A stretch of 64,000 bases of DNA from Alphaproteobacteria bacterium (GCA_024244705.1 JAAEOK010000060.1:27146-91145), one strand, 5' to 3'. Shown: positions 21,727-33,979, counted from the first letter of the stretch. The notes: generated from the sequence alone by a model not told the origin. A program made the numbers and translations.

Positions 21727-22199
21727 GGCCTGTCGTAGGTTCCCGATTTTCCGCCACTCTTGTGGACGAGGCACATATCACCGATGCGCATTCCGCGGTC
21801 GATTGCCTTGCACATATCGTAAACGGTGAGGGCAGTCACCGAAACGGCGGTCAAGGCTTCCATCTCCACACCGGTCCGGCCAGTCGTTCGTACTGTCGCC
21901 GAAATGTCTATCGCGTCACGGCTCTCGTCGAATGACAAATCGACTTCGATAGATGTGATCGGCAATGGATGGCACAGGGGGATAAGGTCGGCGGTGCGCT
22001 TGGCGGCCATGATCCCAGCCAAGCGCGCGACGGCGACGACGTCACCCTTTTTCATCGCGCCTGCCTTTATCGCGGCCATCGTTTCCGGGTTCATATAGAC
22101 CGATCCCTTGGCGACGGCGACGCGCTCGGTGATGGCCTTCGCGGATACGTCGACCATACGCGCCTGGCCGTGGTCGTCGATATGCGTGAGTTTGCCCAT
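21723..22199 (-). CDS. moaC: Cyclic pyranopterin monophosphate synthase MoaC
   Basis: [21 protein letters not shown]...[20 protein letters not shown]. Confidence 0.9.
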   Translation of the reverse strand: MGKLTHIDDHGQARMVDVSAKAITERVAVAKGSVYMNPETMAAIKAGAMKKGDVVAVARLAGIMAAKRTADLIPLCHPLPITSIEVDLSFDESRDAIDISATVRTTGRTGVEMEALTAVSVTALTVYDMCKAIDRGMRIGDMCLVHKSGGKSGTYDRP

Positions 22200-22209
22200 T
22201 CCGTTGGCC

Positions 22210-23025
22210 TTATGCAGTGGCGCGCGCCGGCTCCGATTGATCAAGCAGCTTGCGGGTGGCGGATTCGATATCCGGTTGTGCCATGAGCGAGGTTCCAACC
22301 AGGAAGCTGTGGGCGCCGGCAGCGGCCATGCGCGCCAGATCGCGCGGATGGTCGAGACCGCTTTCACACACCAGCAGGCGGTCGGACGGCACCAGCGGCG
22401 CCAATTCCTCGGTCGTTGCGATATCGGTTTTCAGTGTCTTGAGGTTGCGATTGTTAATGCCGATCAAAGTTGACTGTAGTTTGAGCGCGCGTTCGAGTTC
22501 GGCGGCATCGTGCACTTCGATCAGTGCGTCCATCCCGAATTCCGCGGCGGCGGCCTCCAGATCCGCGGCTTGGTCATCATCCAGCACGGCCATGATGAGG
22601 AGGACACAATCGGCACCGATGACCCGCGATTCCACGATTTGATAGGGATCGAGCATGAAATCCTTTCGCAGTACCGGAAGATCGACGACGTCCCGAACCA
22701 CGGCCACGAAATCATCATGCCCGCCGAAATATTTTTCATCGGTCAACACCGATAGGCAGGCCGCGCCACCGCGCCGGTAGGCCTGCGCGATCGCCGGGGG
22801 ATCGAAATCTTCGCGGATCAGGCCGCGACTCGGCGAGGCCTTCTTGATCTCCGCGATCAGGCCGTATTTACCGGTCGCGATACGGGCGGCGAGGGCGGCG
22901 GCAAAGGGTCGTGCCGGTGACGCTGCGCGGGCATCGCGCTCAAGTGCCGGCTGCGGGTGCGTCAATTTGCGAACGCGAACGGCCTCGCGCTTGTCGCGGC
23001 AGATTTGGGCCAGCACGTCGCTCAA
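22210..23025 (-). CDS. trpC: Indole-3-glycerol phosphate synthase
   Basis: [13 protein letters not shown]...[12 protein letters not shown] motifs. Confidence 0.9.
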   Translation of the reverse strand: MSDVLAQICRDKREAVRVRKLTHPQPALERDARAASPARPFAAALAARIATGKYGLIAEIKKASPSRGLIREDFDPPAIAQAYRRGGAACLSVLTDEKYFGGHDDFVAVVRDVVDLPVLRKDFMLDPYQIVESRVIGADCVLLIMAVLDDDQAADLEAAAAEFGMDALIEVHDAAELERALKLQSTLIGINNRNLKTLKTDIATTEELAPLVPSDRLLVCESGLDHPRDLARMAAAGAHSFLVGTSLMAQPDIESATRKLLDQSEPARATA

Positions 23026-24077
23026 TTCTGTTCCTCCGCCTCGGCGGCGTTGCGGGAATTGGTGATCTCGACCATGCGATCGAGCGCGGCGCGCGCCCGG
23101 CCTTCGTCGATCGAGGCGGCGGCGAGCGTAGCACCTTCCCGGAGGCTTTGCGCCTTACCGGCGACGACGAGCCCGGCGGCCGTGGAAAGCAGAGTGAAAT
23201 CGCGATAGGGTGTCTTCTCACCGGCGAGAAGACCGCGCATTGCCTCGGCGTTGAACGCGGCATCGCCGCCTTTCAGCGCTTCGATCGGCGCCCGCTCCAG
23301 GCCGGCGTCCTCTGGAGTGATCTCGAACGTACGAACCTTGCCGTCCTCGTAGGCGGCGACATGGGTCGGTCCGGTCAGTGTGATCTCGTCGAGGCCATCC
23401 GAACCATGGACCACCCAGGCCCGTTCGTGGCCGAGCCGCCCGAGCACCTCGGCGATTGGCTCGACCCACTGTCGTGCGAAAACGCCAACCAAGAGGCGGC
23501 GAACATGAGCCGGGTTCGACAATGGACCGAGCAGGTTGAATATCGTCCTGGTGCCGAGTTCCACGCGCGGGCCGGCGACATGGCGCATGGCACTATGATG
23601 CCGCGGGGCCATCATGAACCCGATTTTTGCGTCGTGGATCGCCTGCTCGATGAGATCGAAATCCGCATCGATATTCACGCCCAATGCGGTCAGAACGTCG
23701 GCCGCTCCCGATTTCGATGAAATCGCCCGGTTGCCGTGTTTGGCGACCGCTACGCCGCATCCCGCGACCACCAACGCCGCGGTCGTGGAAACATTGAAGG
23801 TGCCGATTTCATCCCCGCCGGTACCGACAATATCGATGGCATCCGCCGGCGCTCGCATGCGGTGTACCTTGTTGCGCATGATGCGGGCCGCCCCGGCGAT
23901 CTCATCGACCGATTCGCCACGGACCCGGAGACCGAGCAGGAAACCGCCAATTTGCGCGGGCGTGGCGTCGCCCGACATCATAATGTCGAACGCCGCCTCG
24001 GCCTGATCCTGGGTTAGTCGCTTGCCTTGGGCGACGCATCCGATGAGCGATTTGAAACTAACGATTCCGCTTGTCAT
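23022..24077 (-). CDS. trpD: Anthranilate phosphoribosyltransferase
   Basis: [23 protein letters not shown] motif. Confidence 0.9.
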   Translation of the reverse strand: MTSGIVSFKSLIGCVAQGKRLTQDQAEAAFDIMMSGDATPAQIGGFLLGLRVRGESVDEIAGAARIMRNKVHRMRAPADAIDIVGTGGDEIGTFNVSTTAALVVAGCGVAVAKHGNRAISSKSGAADVLTALGVNIDADFDLIEQAIHDAKIGFMMAPRHHSAMRHVAGPRVELGTRTIFNLLGPLSNPAHVRRLLVGVFARQWVEPIAEVLGRLGHERAWVVHGSDGLDEITLTGPTHVAAYEDGKVRTFEITPEDAGLERAPIEALKGGDAAFNAEAMRGLLAGEKTPYRDFTLLSTAAGLVVAGKAQSLREGATLAAASIDEGRARAALDRMVEITNSRNAAEAEEQN

Positions 24078-24679
24078 GCCGCCGCACTCTTGGCCGCCGG
24101 GTTCGGTTCATGGCCAGTGATCCGCAGGAAATTTGCGAGCAGGGCGTGGCCGTGTTCCGAGGCGATACTCTCGGGATGGAACTGGACGCCATAGACCGGG
24201 AATTCGGAATGCGCCAGCGCCATGACCAAGCCGTCATCGGTTTCGGCGGTCACGTGCAGGCAACTCGGTAGGGAGTCGCGGGTCACGATCAGGGAATGGT
24301 AGCGCGTGGCATCGAATGGATTGGGTAGTTCGGCAAATATACCCTGGCCCGTATGCCGGATAGAGCTGAGCTTGCCATGCATACACACCGGCGCACGCTC
24401 GACCCGGCCGCCGAAGGCCTGTCCGATGGCCTGATGACCGAGGCAAACCCCGAGAATTGGGATCGTACCGGCGGCCAACTCAATGAGGTCGAGGCAGATT
24501 CCCGCCTTGTCGGGATCGCACGGGCCCGGCGACAGCACGATGCCGCGCGGGTTCTTGGCCACCACCGCGGCGGCGCTCAGCGCGTCGTTGCGGTGGACCT
24601 CGACGTCGGCGTCCAACTCACCCAGAAAATGGACCAGGTTCCAAGTGAAGCTGTCATAGTTGTCAATGAGTACATACAT
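24074..24679 (-). CDS. trpG: Anthranilate synthase component II (glutamine amidotransferase); could alternatively serve PabA
   Basis: [15 protein letters not shown]...GVCLGHQ class-I GATase; sits between trpE and trpD. Confidence 0.85.
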   Translation of the reverse strand: MYVLIDNYDSFTWNLVHFLGELDADVEVHRNDALSAAAVVAKNPRGIVLSPGPCDPDKAGICLDLIELAAGTIPILGVCLGHQAIGQAFGGRVERAPVCMHGKLSSIRHTGQGIFAELPNPFDATRYHSLIVTRDSLPSCLHVTAETDDGLVMALAHSEFPVYGVQFHPESIASEHGHALLANFLRITGHEPNPAAKSAAA

Positions 24680-24807
24680 CGCAGCAGTTTAGTTCTGTTC
24701 TCTTAAGATAATTGTTTAATTGCAATTGCCCCCTTATATCAGGTTCCGAGGGAACCGTAAAAGGCGGCGTTGAGGGCTTGTCGGGAGACCGCCTGAAGCA
24801 GCTTCAA

Positions 24808-26313
24808 TCAACGGCCGGCGGCGAACCGCACCGCTTCCTCGGCCGCTCGGATTAACGCCTTGGCCTTATTCAGGCTCTCCTGGTACTCGGCCTCCGGGTC
24901 GCTGTCGGCAACGATGCCACCGCCGGCCTGAATATAGGCAGTGCCATCCTTGACCAACGCGGTACGAAGCGCGATGCAGGTGTCCATCGATCCGTTGGCC
25001 GCGAAATAGCCGATCGCCCCGGCATAGGCGCCCCGCCGTTCGGTCTCCAATTCGTCGATGATCTCCATCGCCCGCACTTTGGGCGCACCACTGACTGTGC
25101 CGGCCGGAAATCCGCCAATCAATGCATCGACCGCGCTCATATCGGCGCGAATTCGGCCTTCGACGTTGGATGCGATGTGCATGACGTGGGAGTAGTACTC
25201 GATCGACATTTGCTCGGTAACCCGAACCGAACCGATTTCGGCGACCCGTCCAACGTCGTTGCGGCCGAGGTCGAGCAACATGAGATGCTCGGCGAGTTCC
25301 TTGGGATCGGCCAGCAAATCGGCGGCAAGGGCCTTGTCTTCTTCGCGGTCGGCGCCACGGCGGCGGGTGCCGGCGATGGGTCGGATCGTCACCGTCCCGT
25401 CGCGCAGCCTGACCAGGATTTCGGGGCTCGAGCCGACGATCGAGAAGCCGCCGAAATTGAAGAAAAACAAGAATGGCGACGGGTTGAGCCGACGCAACGA
25501 ACGATAGAGGGTGAAGGGGGGCAGGCGAAAGGGCAGACGGAACCGCTGCGATGCGACGACCTGAAAGATATCGCCGGCGCGAATATATTCCTTCGCGCGC
25601 TCCACCATCGCGTGGTAGGCGGCGCGGCTCACGTTCGATTCCGGTTCCGGCAGTGTTTGTAAATCGGCGGCCGGTTCGCGCCGGTAGGGAAGGTTTCGCT
25701 CGAGATCGGAAACAACGTCGGCAAGCCGCTCTCGAGCCATGTCGAATGCGCCCCGAACGTCGATGCCCGGCTCCGGCCACACCGGCGTAATGACGGTAAC
25801 CTGGTCCTCGATACTGTCGAAGACGGCGACCACGGTGGGCCGGATGAAGATGCTCTCGGGAATACCCAGGACATCGGGGTTGTTGTCGGGCAGCAATTCC
25901 ATCTGCCGGACCATGTCATATCCCATATAGCCGAAGAGCCCCGACGCCATCGGCGGTAACGATTCGGGAACCACGATGCGCGACTCTGCCAGCAGGTCGC
26001 GAAAAGAATCGAGCGGCGGGCCCGTGACAGGATCGAAGGCGTCGGGGTCATATCGCGCGCGGCGATTGACTTCGGCCCGGCCATTCACGCACCGCCAGAT
26101 CAGGTCCGGCTTAAGTCCGATCAGCGAATATCGGCCGCGGGCAGCGCCACCCTCGACGGATTCCAAAAGAAAACTGTTCGGACGTTCCTCGGCCAGCTTT
26201 AGCATCGCCGATACTGGAGTTTCCAAGTCGGCAACCAGGGTCGTCCAAACGACTTGCGGCCGACCTTTGCTGTAAGCCGTGGCGAAGCTGTCGTAGTCCG
26301 GCGAGGCGCGCAC
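24808..26313 (-). CDS. trpE: Anthranilate synthase component I
   Basis: 501 aa chorismate-binding enzyme; GAYAGAIGYF motif. Confidence 0.9.
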   Translation of the reverse strand: MRASPDYDSFATAYSKGRPQVVWTTLVADLETPVSAMLKLAEERPNSFLLESVEGGAARGRYSLIGLKPDLIWRCVNGRAEVNRRARYDPDAFDPVTGPPLDSFRDLLAESRIVVPESLPPMASGLFGYMGYDMVRQMELLPDNNPDVLGIPESIFIRPTVVAVFDSIEDQVTVITPVWPEPGIDVRGAFDMARERLADVVSDLERNLPYRREPAADLQTLPEPESNVSRAAYHAMVERAKEYIRAGDIFQVVASQRFRLPFRLPPFTLYRSLRRLNPSPFLFFFNFGGFSIVGSSPEILVRLRDGTVTIRPIAGTRRRGADREEDKALAADLLADPKELAEHLMLLDLGRNDVGRVAEIGSVRVTEQMSIEYYSHVMHIASNVEGRIRADMSAVDALIGGFPAGTVSGAPKVRAMEIIDELETERRGAYAGAIGYFAANGSMDTCIALRTALVKDGTAYIQAGGGIVADSDPEAEYQESLNKAKALIRAAEEAVRFAAGR

Positions 26314-26316
26314 GGA

Positions 26317-28191
26317 CTAGAGGATGCTCTCGATCACGGGCCGGTTTATCGTGACCTCGTGATCTTGCCGGATGGCGCGGTCGAGCTGCTCGAGAATGTC
26401 GGCCTTCACCGCATTCGTCGTCTGACCTTGCAGGCGCTGAACGGTCTCTTCGTCGTCGCCGGGTTCGGCGGGAATAATTTCTTTCAGCTCGATGATCGCG
26501 TAGCCGTCGTTCGAGGCGGCCATGGCCGGCTCACCGAAACCGACCTTGAACAGCTCAGCAGTTACCGCGGCCGAAACGCCGGCGCCGATATCTTGTTCCG
26601 TCCGCGTCACCGGTCGACTGGTCGCCACACGAAGATCCTGTTCTGTGCCCAAATCGACAAGGGTCCACGACCCCTTGGCCAGATTGAGCAGGTCCGAGGC
26701 ATACTCCTTGGCTGCCTCCCGCCGTCTTTCCTCGATGACAGCCTCCTTCACTGCATCCATGACGCTATCGAAGGGCCGCGGCGCCTCACCATCGATCGAA
26801 TCGACGCGCAACAGGAAATACCCCTCGGTCGTTTCGGTGAGGAAGCTGTCGAGCCCGGGCTCCGATTCGAAAGCGACCGACAAGAAGCTTGAATTGCCCG
26901 GTATGTCAGCGACCGGCTTTCCGTCGGGGTCCATGCCATTACCGTCCACGGCGGGGATTCGAAGGATATCGAGATTCAGGCCGGCCGCCGCCTCTTCGAG
27001 CGTTGCGCCGCCGCCCAACTCGTCCTCCAGGAGGTTCGCGAGATCGGCCAGCACATCGACGGACTGATCCCGCGCCAACGATTCGCGGAGCATTTCCCGA
27101 ACCTCGTCAAATTCGATTACGGCGCCTGGAACGATGGTCGTGACTTGAAGAATGTGCCAACCGAAGGGGCTCTGAACCGGCGTGCTGATTTCACCGTCGC
27201 CGAGCGCGAACGCCGCGTCGCCGAGTTCGGTGAAGGGAAGCTGGTCTTTGGTTATTTCGCCCAGTTCAATCGGGGATCCGTCGGCAATTTCCGTCGCAAC
27301 GGCATCCAATGAGCGCCCTTCCAGGAGGAGTGATTCGGCCTGTTTGGCTTTGTCCTCTTCGCGCAGGACGATCTGCCGAATACCACGTTTCTCCGGCGTC
27401 TCGAACTCTGCGCGGCGACTGTCGTAAGCGTCGCGAAGGGCCTCTTCGTCGACACCGATTTCGTCCAACACCGCCTCCGGCTCGAGCACGATGGCGGTTA
27501 TTTCCCGGTACTCGGGCGCCATGTAGTCGTCTGTGCGCGAGTCGTAATAGGCGCGGAGCTCGCTGTCGGTCGGGGTCGCCACGATTTGATCCTCCGCACG
27601 CACTTCAAGCACGTCGGCAACGCGTCGTTCGTTACGGTAGGCGTAAAGTCGATCGAACAGAAGACGCGGCGCCTCTTCGAGCATCGCGACGCTGCTCACC
27701 AATTGGCGGCGCGCCATGTCTTCGCGCAGAACTTCGACATAGGTCGCTTCGTCGAGGCCGTTATTGCGAAGAACCGCGAGAAACACGTTGGCATCGAATT
27801 GGCCGAACTGATTGCGGAACGCAGGATCCAATTGGATCGAACGCCTAATCAAATCCTCCGAAATCGTGACCCCCATCTCCTTCGCCTTGACGTCGAGCAA
27901 GGCCTCGGCGATCAAACGGTCGAGCGCTTGATCGACGAGACCGATCTGTTGCGCCTGCCTGGAATCGATTTGAACTCCTAGCTGTTGCTGCAACCGTTGG
28001 ACCGAAAGCTGAAATTCACGAGCCAGGGAAGCCGCATTTATCTCCATCGGCCCGACTTCGGCGACCACATCCGATTGAACGCCGGTACGAAGGATATCGC
28101 CGATGCCCCATACACCGAAGCTGAGGACCAGCAGCCCAAAGAGAATCTTTGCGAAAATCGAGGCCGTTTTCTTGCGTAGGGCCTGGAGCAT
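26317..28191 (-). CDS. ppiD: PpiD/SurA-N-domain periplasmic chaperone (peptidyl-prolyl isomerase D-like)
   Basis: N-terminal membrane anchor IFAKILFGLLVLSFGVWGI; 624 aa; upstream of trpE as in other alphaproteobacteria. Confidence 0.75.
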   Translation of the reverse strand: MLQALRKKTASIFAKILFGLLVLSFGVWGIGDILRTGVQSDVVAEVGPMEINAASLAREFQLSVQRLQQQLGVQIDSRQAQQIGLVDQALDRLIAEALLDVKAKEMGVTISEDLIRRSIQLDPAFRNQFGQFDANVFLAVLRNNGLDEATYVEVLREDMARRQLVSSVAMLEEAPRLLFDRLYAYRNERRVADVLEVRAEDQIVATPTDSELRAYYDSRTDDYMAPEYREITAIVLEPEAVLDEIGVDEEALRDAYDSRRAEFETPEKRGIRQIVLREEDKAKQAESLLLEGRSLDAVATEIADGSPIELGEITKDQLPFTELGDAAFALGDGEISTPVQSPFGWHILQVTTIVPGAVIEFDEVREMLRESLARDQSVDVLADLANLLEDELGGGATLEEAAAGLNLDILRIPAVDGNGMDPDGKPVADIPGNSSFLSVAFESEPGLDSFLTETTEGYFLLRVDSIDGEAPRPFDSVMDAVKEAVIEERRREAAKEYASDLLNLAKGSWTLVDLGTEQDLRVATSRPVTRTEQDIGAGVSAAVTAELFKVGFGEPAMAASNDGYAIIELKEIIPAEPGDDEETVQRLQGQTTNAVKADILEQLDRAIRQDHEVTINRPVIESIL

Positions 28192-28360
28192 TGCGAGCCT
28201 TTCCGTTTAGGGCGCGTACCGAATTTCTGGTCCGAGATTGGGCGCGGATAATATGAACGCGCGGTGGCCGCGGCAATAACGGATTCCGTCCTACCGCACT
28301 TTGATCCCGCCTGACCATGTGATAATTAGCGCCACCGACGGCAAGCTAGCGAAATTACCG

Positions 28361-29119
28361 ATGCCCCCATTAGACCGTACTTTGATTGCCGGCAATTGGA
28401 AAATGAACGGCAATCGGGAAATGACCCGCGGCTTTGTCACGGGCCTGCGCGCCGTCTTGGATACGGTCGGGCGATCGCCCTGCGATGTTGTGATCTGCCC
28501 GCCGGCACATCTTATCGGGATAATGGCGGATTTGGCCGACGGCAGTTCGATCGCCATCGGCGGACAAGATTGCCACGTCGAGGAATCGGGGGCGCACACC
28601 GGTGACATTGCGGCGGAAATGTTGGCCGACGCCGGCGCCGAATTGGTTATCGTCGGGCATTCGGAACGTCGCACAGACCACAACGAGACGAGCGATCTGG
28701 TGCGAAACAAGGCCGCCGCCGCACACCGAGCCGGCCTGACCGCGATCGTCTGCCTCGGCGAAACCGAATCCGAGCGCGATTCCGGGGCGGCGCTATCCGT
28801 CGTCGAGGAACAGCTGGCGGTATCCGTTCCGCATTCCTGCGACGCGACGAACACGGTGGTCGCCTATGAGCCGGTGTGGGCGATCGGTACCGGGCGCACC
28901 CCGACCCTCGATGACGTTGCCGAAATTCACGCCCAGCTTCGGCGCCAGCTTAGTGAGCGGTTCCCCAGCGGTCCGGCCGTTCGGTTGCTCTATGGGGGCT
29001 CCGTCAAACCGAACAACGCCGCCAAACTGCTGGCGATCGACAATGTCGACGGCGCACTCGTCGGCGGCGCCAGCCTCGACCTCCGGGATTTCCTAGCCAT
29101 CATTGACAGTTGTCCCTAG
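28361..29119 (+). CDS. tpiA: Triosephosphate isomerase
   Basis: [10 protein letters not shown]...[11 protein letters not shown] motifs. Confidence 0.9.
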   Translation: MPPLDRTLIAGNWKMNGNREMTRGFVTGLRAVLDTVGRSPCDVVICPPAHLIGIMADLADGSSIAIGGQDCHVEESGAHTGDIAAEMLADAGAELVIVGHSERRTDHNETSDLVRNKAAAAHRAGLTAIVCLGETESERDSGAALSVVEEQLAVSVPHSCDATNTVVAYEPVWAIGTGRTPTLDDVAEIHAQLRRQLSERFPSGPAVRLLYGGSVKPNNAAKLLAIDNVDGALVGGASLDLRDFLAIIDSCP

Positions 29120-29196
29120 CGCAACGATCTAAGAGTGGGTAAAAGACGCTCAGTTTGGAGAGCCCGCCTCAAGGTGGGCTTCGGAGAGACGAGTTC

Positions 29197-29529
29197 ATGA
29201 CAGCGGTTTTGCTAGCTATTCACATTTTGATCACGGTCGCGCTGGTCGCATCGGTTCTGTTGCAGCGAAGTGAGGGCGGCGCCTTGGGAATTGGCGGTGG
29301 CGGCGGCGGTGGTGGCCTTATGAGTGGGCGCGCGGCCGGCAACGTGTTGACGAAAACGACGGCGATCTTGGCCGCGGGGTTCATGTTGACCAGCATATTA
29401 TTGGCAATCCTGGCTGGCGGTCGCGATGGCGGGTCCATTCTTGACGGACCTGTCGCGCCGATCGAGGCACCCGCTGCGCCCTCGGAACCGGCGCAGCCGG
29501 CGACGCCAAGCGCCCCGATCAGCGACTGA
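29197..29529 (+). CDS. secG: Preprotein translocase subunit SecG
   Basis: MTAVLLAIHILITVALVASVLLQRSEGG plus poly-Gly loop. Confidence 0.85.
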   Translation: MTAVLLAIHILITVALVASVLLQRSEGGALGIGGGGGGGGLMSGRAAGNVLTKTTAILAAGFMLTSILLAILAGGRDGGSILDGPVAPIEAPAAPSEPAQPATPSAPISD

Positions 29530-29558
29530 TCATATGATCGAATACCGTTAAGATTCGT

Positions 29559-29588
29559 GAGGCGGCACATTAGCCGCCTCTTCTTCTT
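29559..29588 (+). terminator. Terminator-like hairpin GAGGCGGC-acatta-GCCGCCTC then TTCTTCTT
   Basis: 8-bp perfect stem with 6-nt loop followed by a T-rich tract, between secG and pyrG. Confidence 0.45.
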
Positions 29589-29623
29589 GGGAATGCAACA
29601 AAGTTCGTTTAAGGTGGAGGTCC

Positions 29624-31252
29624 ATGACGCGGTTCATCTTTATCACCGGCGGCGTGGTCTCCTCTCTCGGTAAAGGTCTGTCGGCGGCGGCGCTCGGCGC
29701 GTTGCTCCAGGCGCGCGGTTTTTCGGTCAGGCTGCGAAAGCTTGATCCCTATCTGAACGTCGATCCGGGAACGATGAGCCCTTACCAGCATGGCGAGGTC
29801 TATGTCACCGACGATGGCGCGGAGACCGACCTCGACCTCGGCCACTACGAGCGTTACACCGGGGTCGCGGCCCGCCAGTCCGACAACGTGACCTCCGGCC
29901 GCATTTATCGGGACGTGATAAGCCGCGAACGCCACGGCGATTATCTGGGGGCGACGGTTCAAGTCATTCCCCACGTCACCGATGCGATAAAGGAGTTTGT
30001 GCGGGCCGATTCCGACGAAACCGACTTCTTGCTATGCGAAATCGGCGGAACCGTCGGCGACATCGAGGGGTTGCCATTTACCGAGGCAATCCGGCAACTC
30101 GGCAACGAGCTCGGGCGCGAGCGTGCCTGTTATGTGCATCTGACGCTGCTGCCCTATATCCCCGCCGCGGGCGAGCTAAAGACCAAACCGACGCAGCATT
30201 CGGTCAAGGAATTGCTTAATGTCGGAATTCAGCCAGATGTCCTGCTGTGCCGCAGCGACCGCACGATTCCGGCGGACGCTCGGCGCAAGATTGCCTTGTT
30301 CTGTAATATCCCCGAACCGGCCGTTATTCCTGCTCTCGACGTGGCGAATATCTATGAGGTGCCGCTGCGCTACCACGACGAAGGGTTCGACGACGCGGTC
30401 TTTGCCCATTTCAAGATGACGCCACCGGAACCCGATCTGTCGCGGTGGGAGGATATCGTCGAGCGGCTCGACAAACCGGAAGGCGAGGTCACTATTGCCG
30501 TTGTCGGTAAATACACCGGGCTCCCCGATGCCTACAAATCGCTGGCCGAGGCCTTGGCGCATGGCGGAATCGCCAATCGGGTCAGTGTCAATCTCGATTG
30601 GATCGAATCGGAGATATTCGAGGATGGTGGTGCCGTCCATCAGCTCGACGGTGTCCACGGGATCTTGGTGCCAGGTGGATTTGGTGAACGCGGCGCCGAA
30701 GGGAAGGTCGAGGCGGCCCGATTCGCGCGGGAGAAAAAGGTGCCATATTTCGGAATCTGCTTCGGCATGCAGATGGCGGTAATAGAAGCGGCACGAAACC
30801 TGGCCGGGCTTCCGGCCGCCAGTTCGACGGAATTCGGCAAGACCAACGAACCGGTCGTCGCGCTGATGACCGAGTGGATGCGCGGCAACGCGCTCGAAAA
30901 ACGGTCCGCCGACGGCAATCTCGGCGGTACGATGCGGCTCGGAGCCTACGAGGCGGTTTTGACGCCGGATAGCAAGGTCAGCGAGATCTATGGCGGCGCG
31001 CCTACGATCAGCGAGCGGCACCGTCATCGCTGGGAAGTCAACAACACCTATGCCGAACGCCTCGAGCAGGCCGGACTACGGTTTTCCGGCATGTCGCCGG
31101 ATGGCGAGTTGCCTGAAATCGTCGAGCTGCCCGATCATCCTTGGTATGTGGGTGTGCAATTCCATCCCGAGCTCAAATCAAAGCCGTTTGAGCCGCACCC
31201 GCTTTTTGCGTCCTTCGTCGAAGCCGCCGTCAAGCAATCTAGGCTCGTCTAG
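29624..31252 (+). CDS. pyrG: CTP synthase
   Basis: [19 protein letters not shown]-terminus; GATase domain GICFGMQ. Confidence 0.95.
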   Translation: MTRFIFITGGVVSSLGKGLSAAALGALLQARGFSVRLRKLDPYLNVDPGTMSPYQHGEVYVTDDGAETDLDLGHYERYTGVAARQSDNVTSGRIYRDVISRERHGDYLGATVQVIPHVTDAIKEFVRADSDETDFLLCEIGGTVGDIEGLPFTEAIRQLGNELGRERACYVHLTLLPYIPAAGELKTKPTQHSVKELLNVGIQPDVLLCRSDRTIPADARRKIALFCNIPEPAVIPALDVANIYEVPLRYHDEGFDDAVFAHFKMTPPEPDLSRWEDIVERLDKPEGEVTIAVVGKYTGLPDAYKSLAEALAHGGIANRVSVNLDWIESEIFEDGGAVHQLDGVHGILVPGGFGERGAEGKVEAARFAREKKVPYFGICFGMQMAVIEAARNLAGLPAASSTEFGKTNEPVVALMTEWMRGNALEKRSADGNLGGTMRLGAYEAVLTPDSKVSEIYGGAPTISERHRHRWEVNNTYAERLEQAGLRFSGMSPDGELPEIVELPDHPWYVGVQFHPELKSKPFEPHPLFASFVEAAVKQSRLV

Positions 31253-31256
31253 CGCC

Positions 31257-32084
31257 ATGAGCGCACTGCACCACGTTGCCGTTGGCGGCCTCGAAATCGG
31301 TAACGATCTGCCGTTGACGTTGATCGCCGGTCCCTGTGCATTGGAGAGCCGGGCCCATGCCTTGGAAACGTCGTCTGCACTTCGCGAGATCGCCGGCAAG
31401 CTCGGCATCGGTCTGATATACAAAACCTCGTTCGACAAGGCCAATCGAACCAGTTTGCAGAGTCCTCGTGGCCTCGGCTTGGCCGAATCCCTTCCGATCC
31501 TGGCGGAAATTAGGGACAGCGTCGGCGTCCCGGTGTTGACCGATGTGCACGAGTCCGGCCAGTGCGCGGCGACCGCAGAAGCGGTCGATGTTCTGCAAAT
31601 ACCCGCCTTCCTCTGCCGTCAGACCGATCTTCTGGTCGCCGCCGGCGAAACCGGCAGCGCCATAAACGTCAAAAAGGGTCAGTTTCTTGCGCCCTGGGAT
31701 ATGACGAATGTGGTGTCGAAGATCGAAGCAACCGGAAATCGCCGCATTTTGCTGACCGAACGCGGCGCCAGTTTCGGCTACAACACGTTGGTTTCGGATC
31801 TGCGGTCGCTACCGATCATGTCGGCGACCGGCTACCCGGTCGTGTTCGACGCGACACACAGCGTGCAACAGCCAGGCGGACAAGGCGCCAGGAGCGGTGG
31901 CGAGCGTGAATTTGTACCGGTTTTGGCGCGAGCCGCGGTCGCCGTCGGCGTTGCCGCCGTTTTTCTCGAAACCCACCAAGATCCCGATGCCGCGCCAAGT
32001 GACGGGCCGAACATGATCCCGCTGTCGGCACTCCAGACGCTACTCGAGAAGTTGATCGCTTTCGATCGCGTGGCCAAGATTTAG
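31257..32084 (+). CDS. kdsA: 3-deoxy-8-phosphooctulonate synthase
   Basis: [16 protein letters not shown]...[12 protein letters not shown] motifs. Confidence 0.9.
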   Translation: MSALHHVAVGGLEIGNDLPLTLIAGPCALESRAHALETSSALREIAGKLGIGLIYKTSFDKANRTSLQSPRGLGLAESLPILAEIRDSVGVPVLTDVHESGQCAATAEAVDVLQIPAFLCRQTDLLVAAGETGSAINVKKGQFLAPWDMTNVVSKIEATGNRRILLTERGASFGYNTLVSDLRSLPIMSATGYPVVFDATHSVQQPGGQGARSGGEREFVPVLARAAVAVGVAAVFLETHQDPDAAPSDGPNMIPLSALQTLLEKLIAFDRVAKI

Positions 32085-32412
32085 AGAACCTCCCGCACGG
32101 GCAAGAATTGACGCGGAATACAGGGGCCGGTCATTTCTCCCGGTAAATTTACCGAATCTAAAAACTTGAACGGCAGGATCGCCTGACGACGGCGCACGCG
32201 AGCGTTCATTGTTCCGAACCTTGTGGAAGGCGCCTAGCGAGAAGGTGGATCGGGGTCGCGGCGAATCGCCGCCTCCTTACCTTCGTTGAAGGTGAGGATT
32301 CCCGGATCGACTTGATTATTGGAGGCATCGGGCGCGGACCACGCGGCGACCCGACTGCCGCCCGGCGACCTCAAGAGTTGCGGGGCCGGGTACTGACGCA
32401 TGGAGCGGTCGA

Positions 32413-33852
32413 GTGCGGCTAAGTGATGTTCTGCTCGCAAAGGGTATTGTAACTACCGAAGAGGTCGCAAGCGCGATTGCGCGCCAGCGCAGTCATGGTG
32501 GGCCCCTTACCGATAACTTGCTGGCATTGGGATTAATCTCGATCGTCGATCTCGATGCGATCCTGAAGCAGGTGCCGATCGCGCCGTCGACGATCGCCGA
32601 TACCGGCCTCAAAACAGAATATTTGATCACCTTGTTGGCGAAATCCATTCGCGTCCTCAATCTGACCGCGATTGGCGAAATCCGGGATGCGATGAAACTT
32701 CCGACCTCGGTTCTGGAGAACGTGCTGCAGGAAGGCGTCACGCGCGGACTTTGGGAAGTATCCGGACACGAGGGCGGAGACGGAAGTTCCGGTGCGCGTT
32801 ACCGTCTTACACAATCGGGCAGGAAGTTCGCCGACGAGGTTTTCGACCAGAATCAGTATGTCGGGCCGGCGCCAGTTTCGCTAGGTGCGTATCATGCCCA
32901 GGTCCGCAAACAGGCCATCGGCGGCGAGCGCGTTGCGCCGGAGCGGGTGGCGAAGGTGTTTTCGGATCTTGTGGTTTCGGAAAAGTGCCTGCGACGACTT
33001 GGACCCGCGCTCAATTCCGGCAAATCATTGCTCCTCTACGGGCCGCCCGGAAACGGAAAGACCACAATCGCCCAGCAGATCGGAAAAGTGTTCGAGGACA
33101 TCATCTTCATTCCCTACTGCATCGAAGTGGGCGGGGAGATCATCCGGGTGCTCGATCCCAGTCTCCACGAAATCGTGGCGACCGACGATGCCAGTGCCCA
33201 CGCGACTCTGGTTCGCCGCGAGGGGATAGATGCGCGCTGGATCGCGTGTCACCGTCCTTTCATCGTCACCGGTGGCGAGTTGAGCCTGGAAATGCTCGAT
33301 CTGAGCTTCAACAGCATTTCCAAGTTTTACGAGATGCCGGTGCACCTCAAGGCCCAGGGCGGCACGTTCGTCGTTGACGATTTCGGCCGCCAGTTGGTCA
33401 AGCCCGAAGAGCTTCTTAACCGTTGGATCGTGCCGCTCGAGCAGGGCGTGGATTACCTCAAATTACATACCGGTAAGACGTTGCAGGTGCCGTTCGATCA
33501 GCTGACGATTTTCTCGACCAACCTGACGCCTGAGAATCTGATGGATGCGGCGTTCTTGCGTCGGATCCCCTACAAAATGCTGATCGGAGAACCGAGCGTG
33601 GATGAGTTCAAGGAAATATTCCGCCGTGTTTGCCAAGGCCGCGATATCGCCTGGTCGGACGAGGATGCGGACAGGATTATCGCGCATATGAACGCAATCC
33701 CCGGGCATCAATTGGCCCGCTACCAGGCCAAGTTCCTCACCGATCAAATCGCGACCGCGGCACGCTTCGCTGGCGCGCCAATAGAATTCCATCCGGATAT
33801 GATCGACGATGCCATTTCGAATCTGTACGCGCAGGATTCCGAGGGTTCATGA
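32413..33852 (+). CDS. AAA+ ATPase with N-terminal MshEN (T2SSE_N) cyclic-di-GMP-binding motif pair; function unknown
   Basis: Residues 2-25 RLSDVLLAKGIVTTEEVASAIARQ, a 5-aa spacer RSHGG, then PLTDNLLALGLISIVDLDAILKQ (24-5-24 MshEN architecture). Walker A LLLYGPPGNGKTT, Walker B-like TFVVDDFGRQ, sensor region IFSTNLTPENLMDAAFLRRI resembling classical FtsH-type AAA. GTG start. Confidence 0.7.
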   Translation: MRLSDVLLAKGIVTTEEVASAIARQRSHGGPLTDNLLALGLISIVDLDAILKQVPIAPSTIADTGLKTEYLITLLAKSIRVLNLTAIGEIRDAMKLPTSVLENVLQEGVTRGLWEVSGHEGGDGSSGARYRLTQSGRKFADEVFDQNQYVGPAPVSLGAYHAQVRKQAIGGERVAPERVAKVFSDLVVSEKCLRRLGPALNSGKSLLLYGPPGNGKTTIAQQIGKVFEDIIFIPYCIEVGGEIIRVLDPSLHEIVATDDASAHATLVRREGIDARWIACHRPFIVTGGELSLEMLDLSFNSISKFYEMPVHLKAQGGTFVVDDFGRQLVKPEELLNRWIVPLEQGVDYLKLHTGKTLQVPFDQLTIFSTNLTPENLMDAAFLRRIPYKMLIGEPSVDEFKEIFRRVCQGRDIAWSDEDADRIIAHMNAIPGHQLARYQAKFLTDQIATAARFAGAPIEFHPDMIDDAISNLYAQDSEGS

Positions 33853-33979
33853 GCGTGCTGATTTCCCGGGATCGTGTTCAAATGTCTGTACTCCTGCCCG
33901 TGGTGAATTTCGGGACTCGATCCGATCGACGGGGTTTTGAAAACGATCGATCGAAGTTGACACGAAAGGTGTGATTGCG

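Noticed and set aside
24866-25780. 304-aa ORF on the same strand as trpE but in another frame
   Set aside because: It is Arg/Pro-rich with no domains and lies fully inside trpE, so it is a frame artefact.
26313-26317. Search for a trp leader peptide or attenuator upstream of trpE
   Set aside because: The trpE start abuts the ppiD stop by 3 nt, so there is no room for a leader. The hairpins seen at 24720-24800 lie downstream of trpE in the trpE-trpG spacer and lack a proper U-tract.
29280-29320. GGTGGCGGCGGCGGTGGTGG run, checked as a possible repeat or CRISPR-like element
   Set aside because: It encodes the poly-Gly loop of SecG and is a single copy with no spacers.
32234-32440. 68-aa minus-strand ORF in the kdsA / MshEN-AAA intergenic region
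   Set aside because: There is no RBS or domain, and it overlaps the GTG start of the AAA gene. It is more likely promoter or leader sequence.
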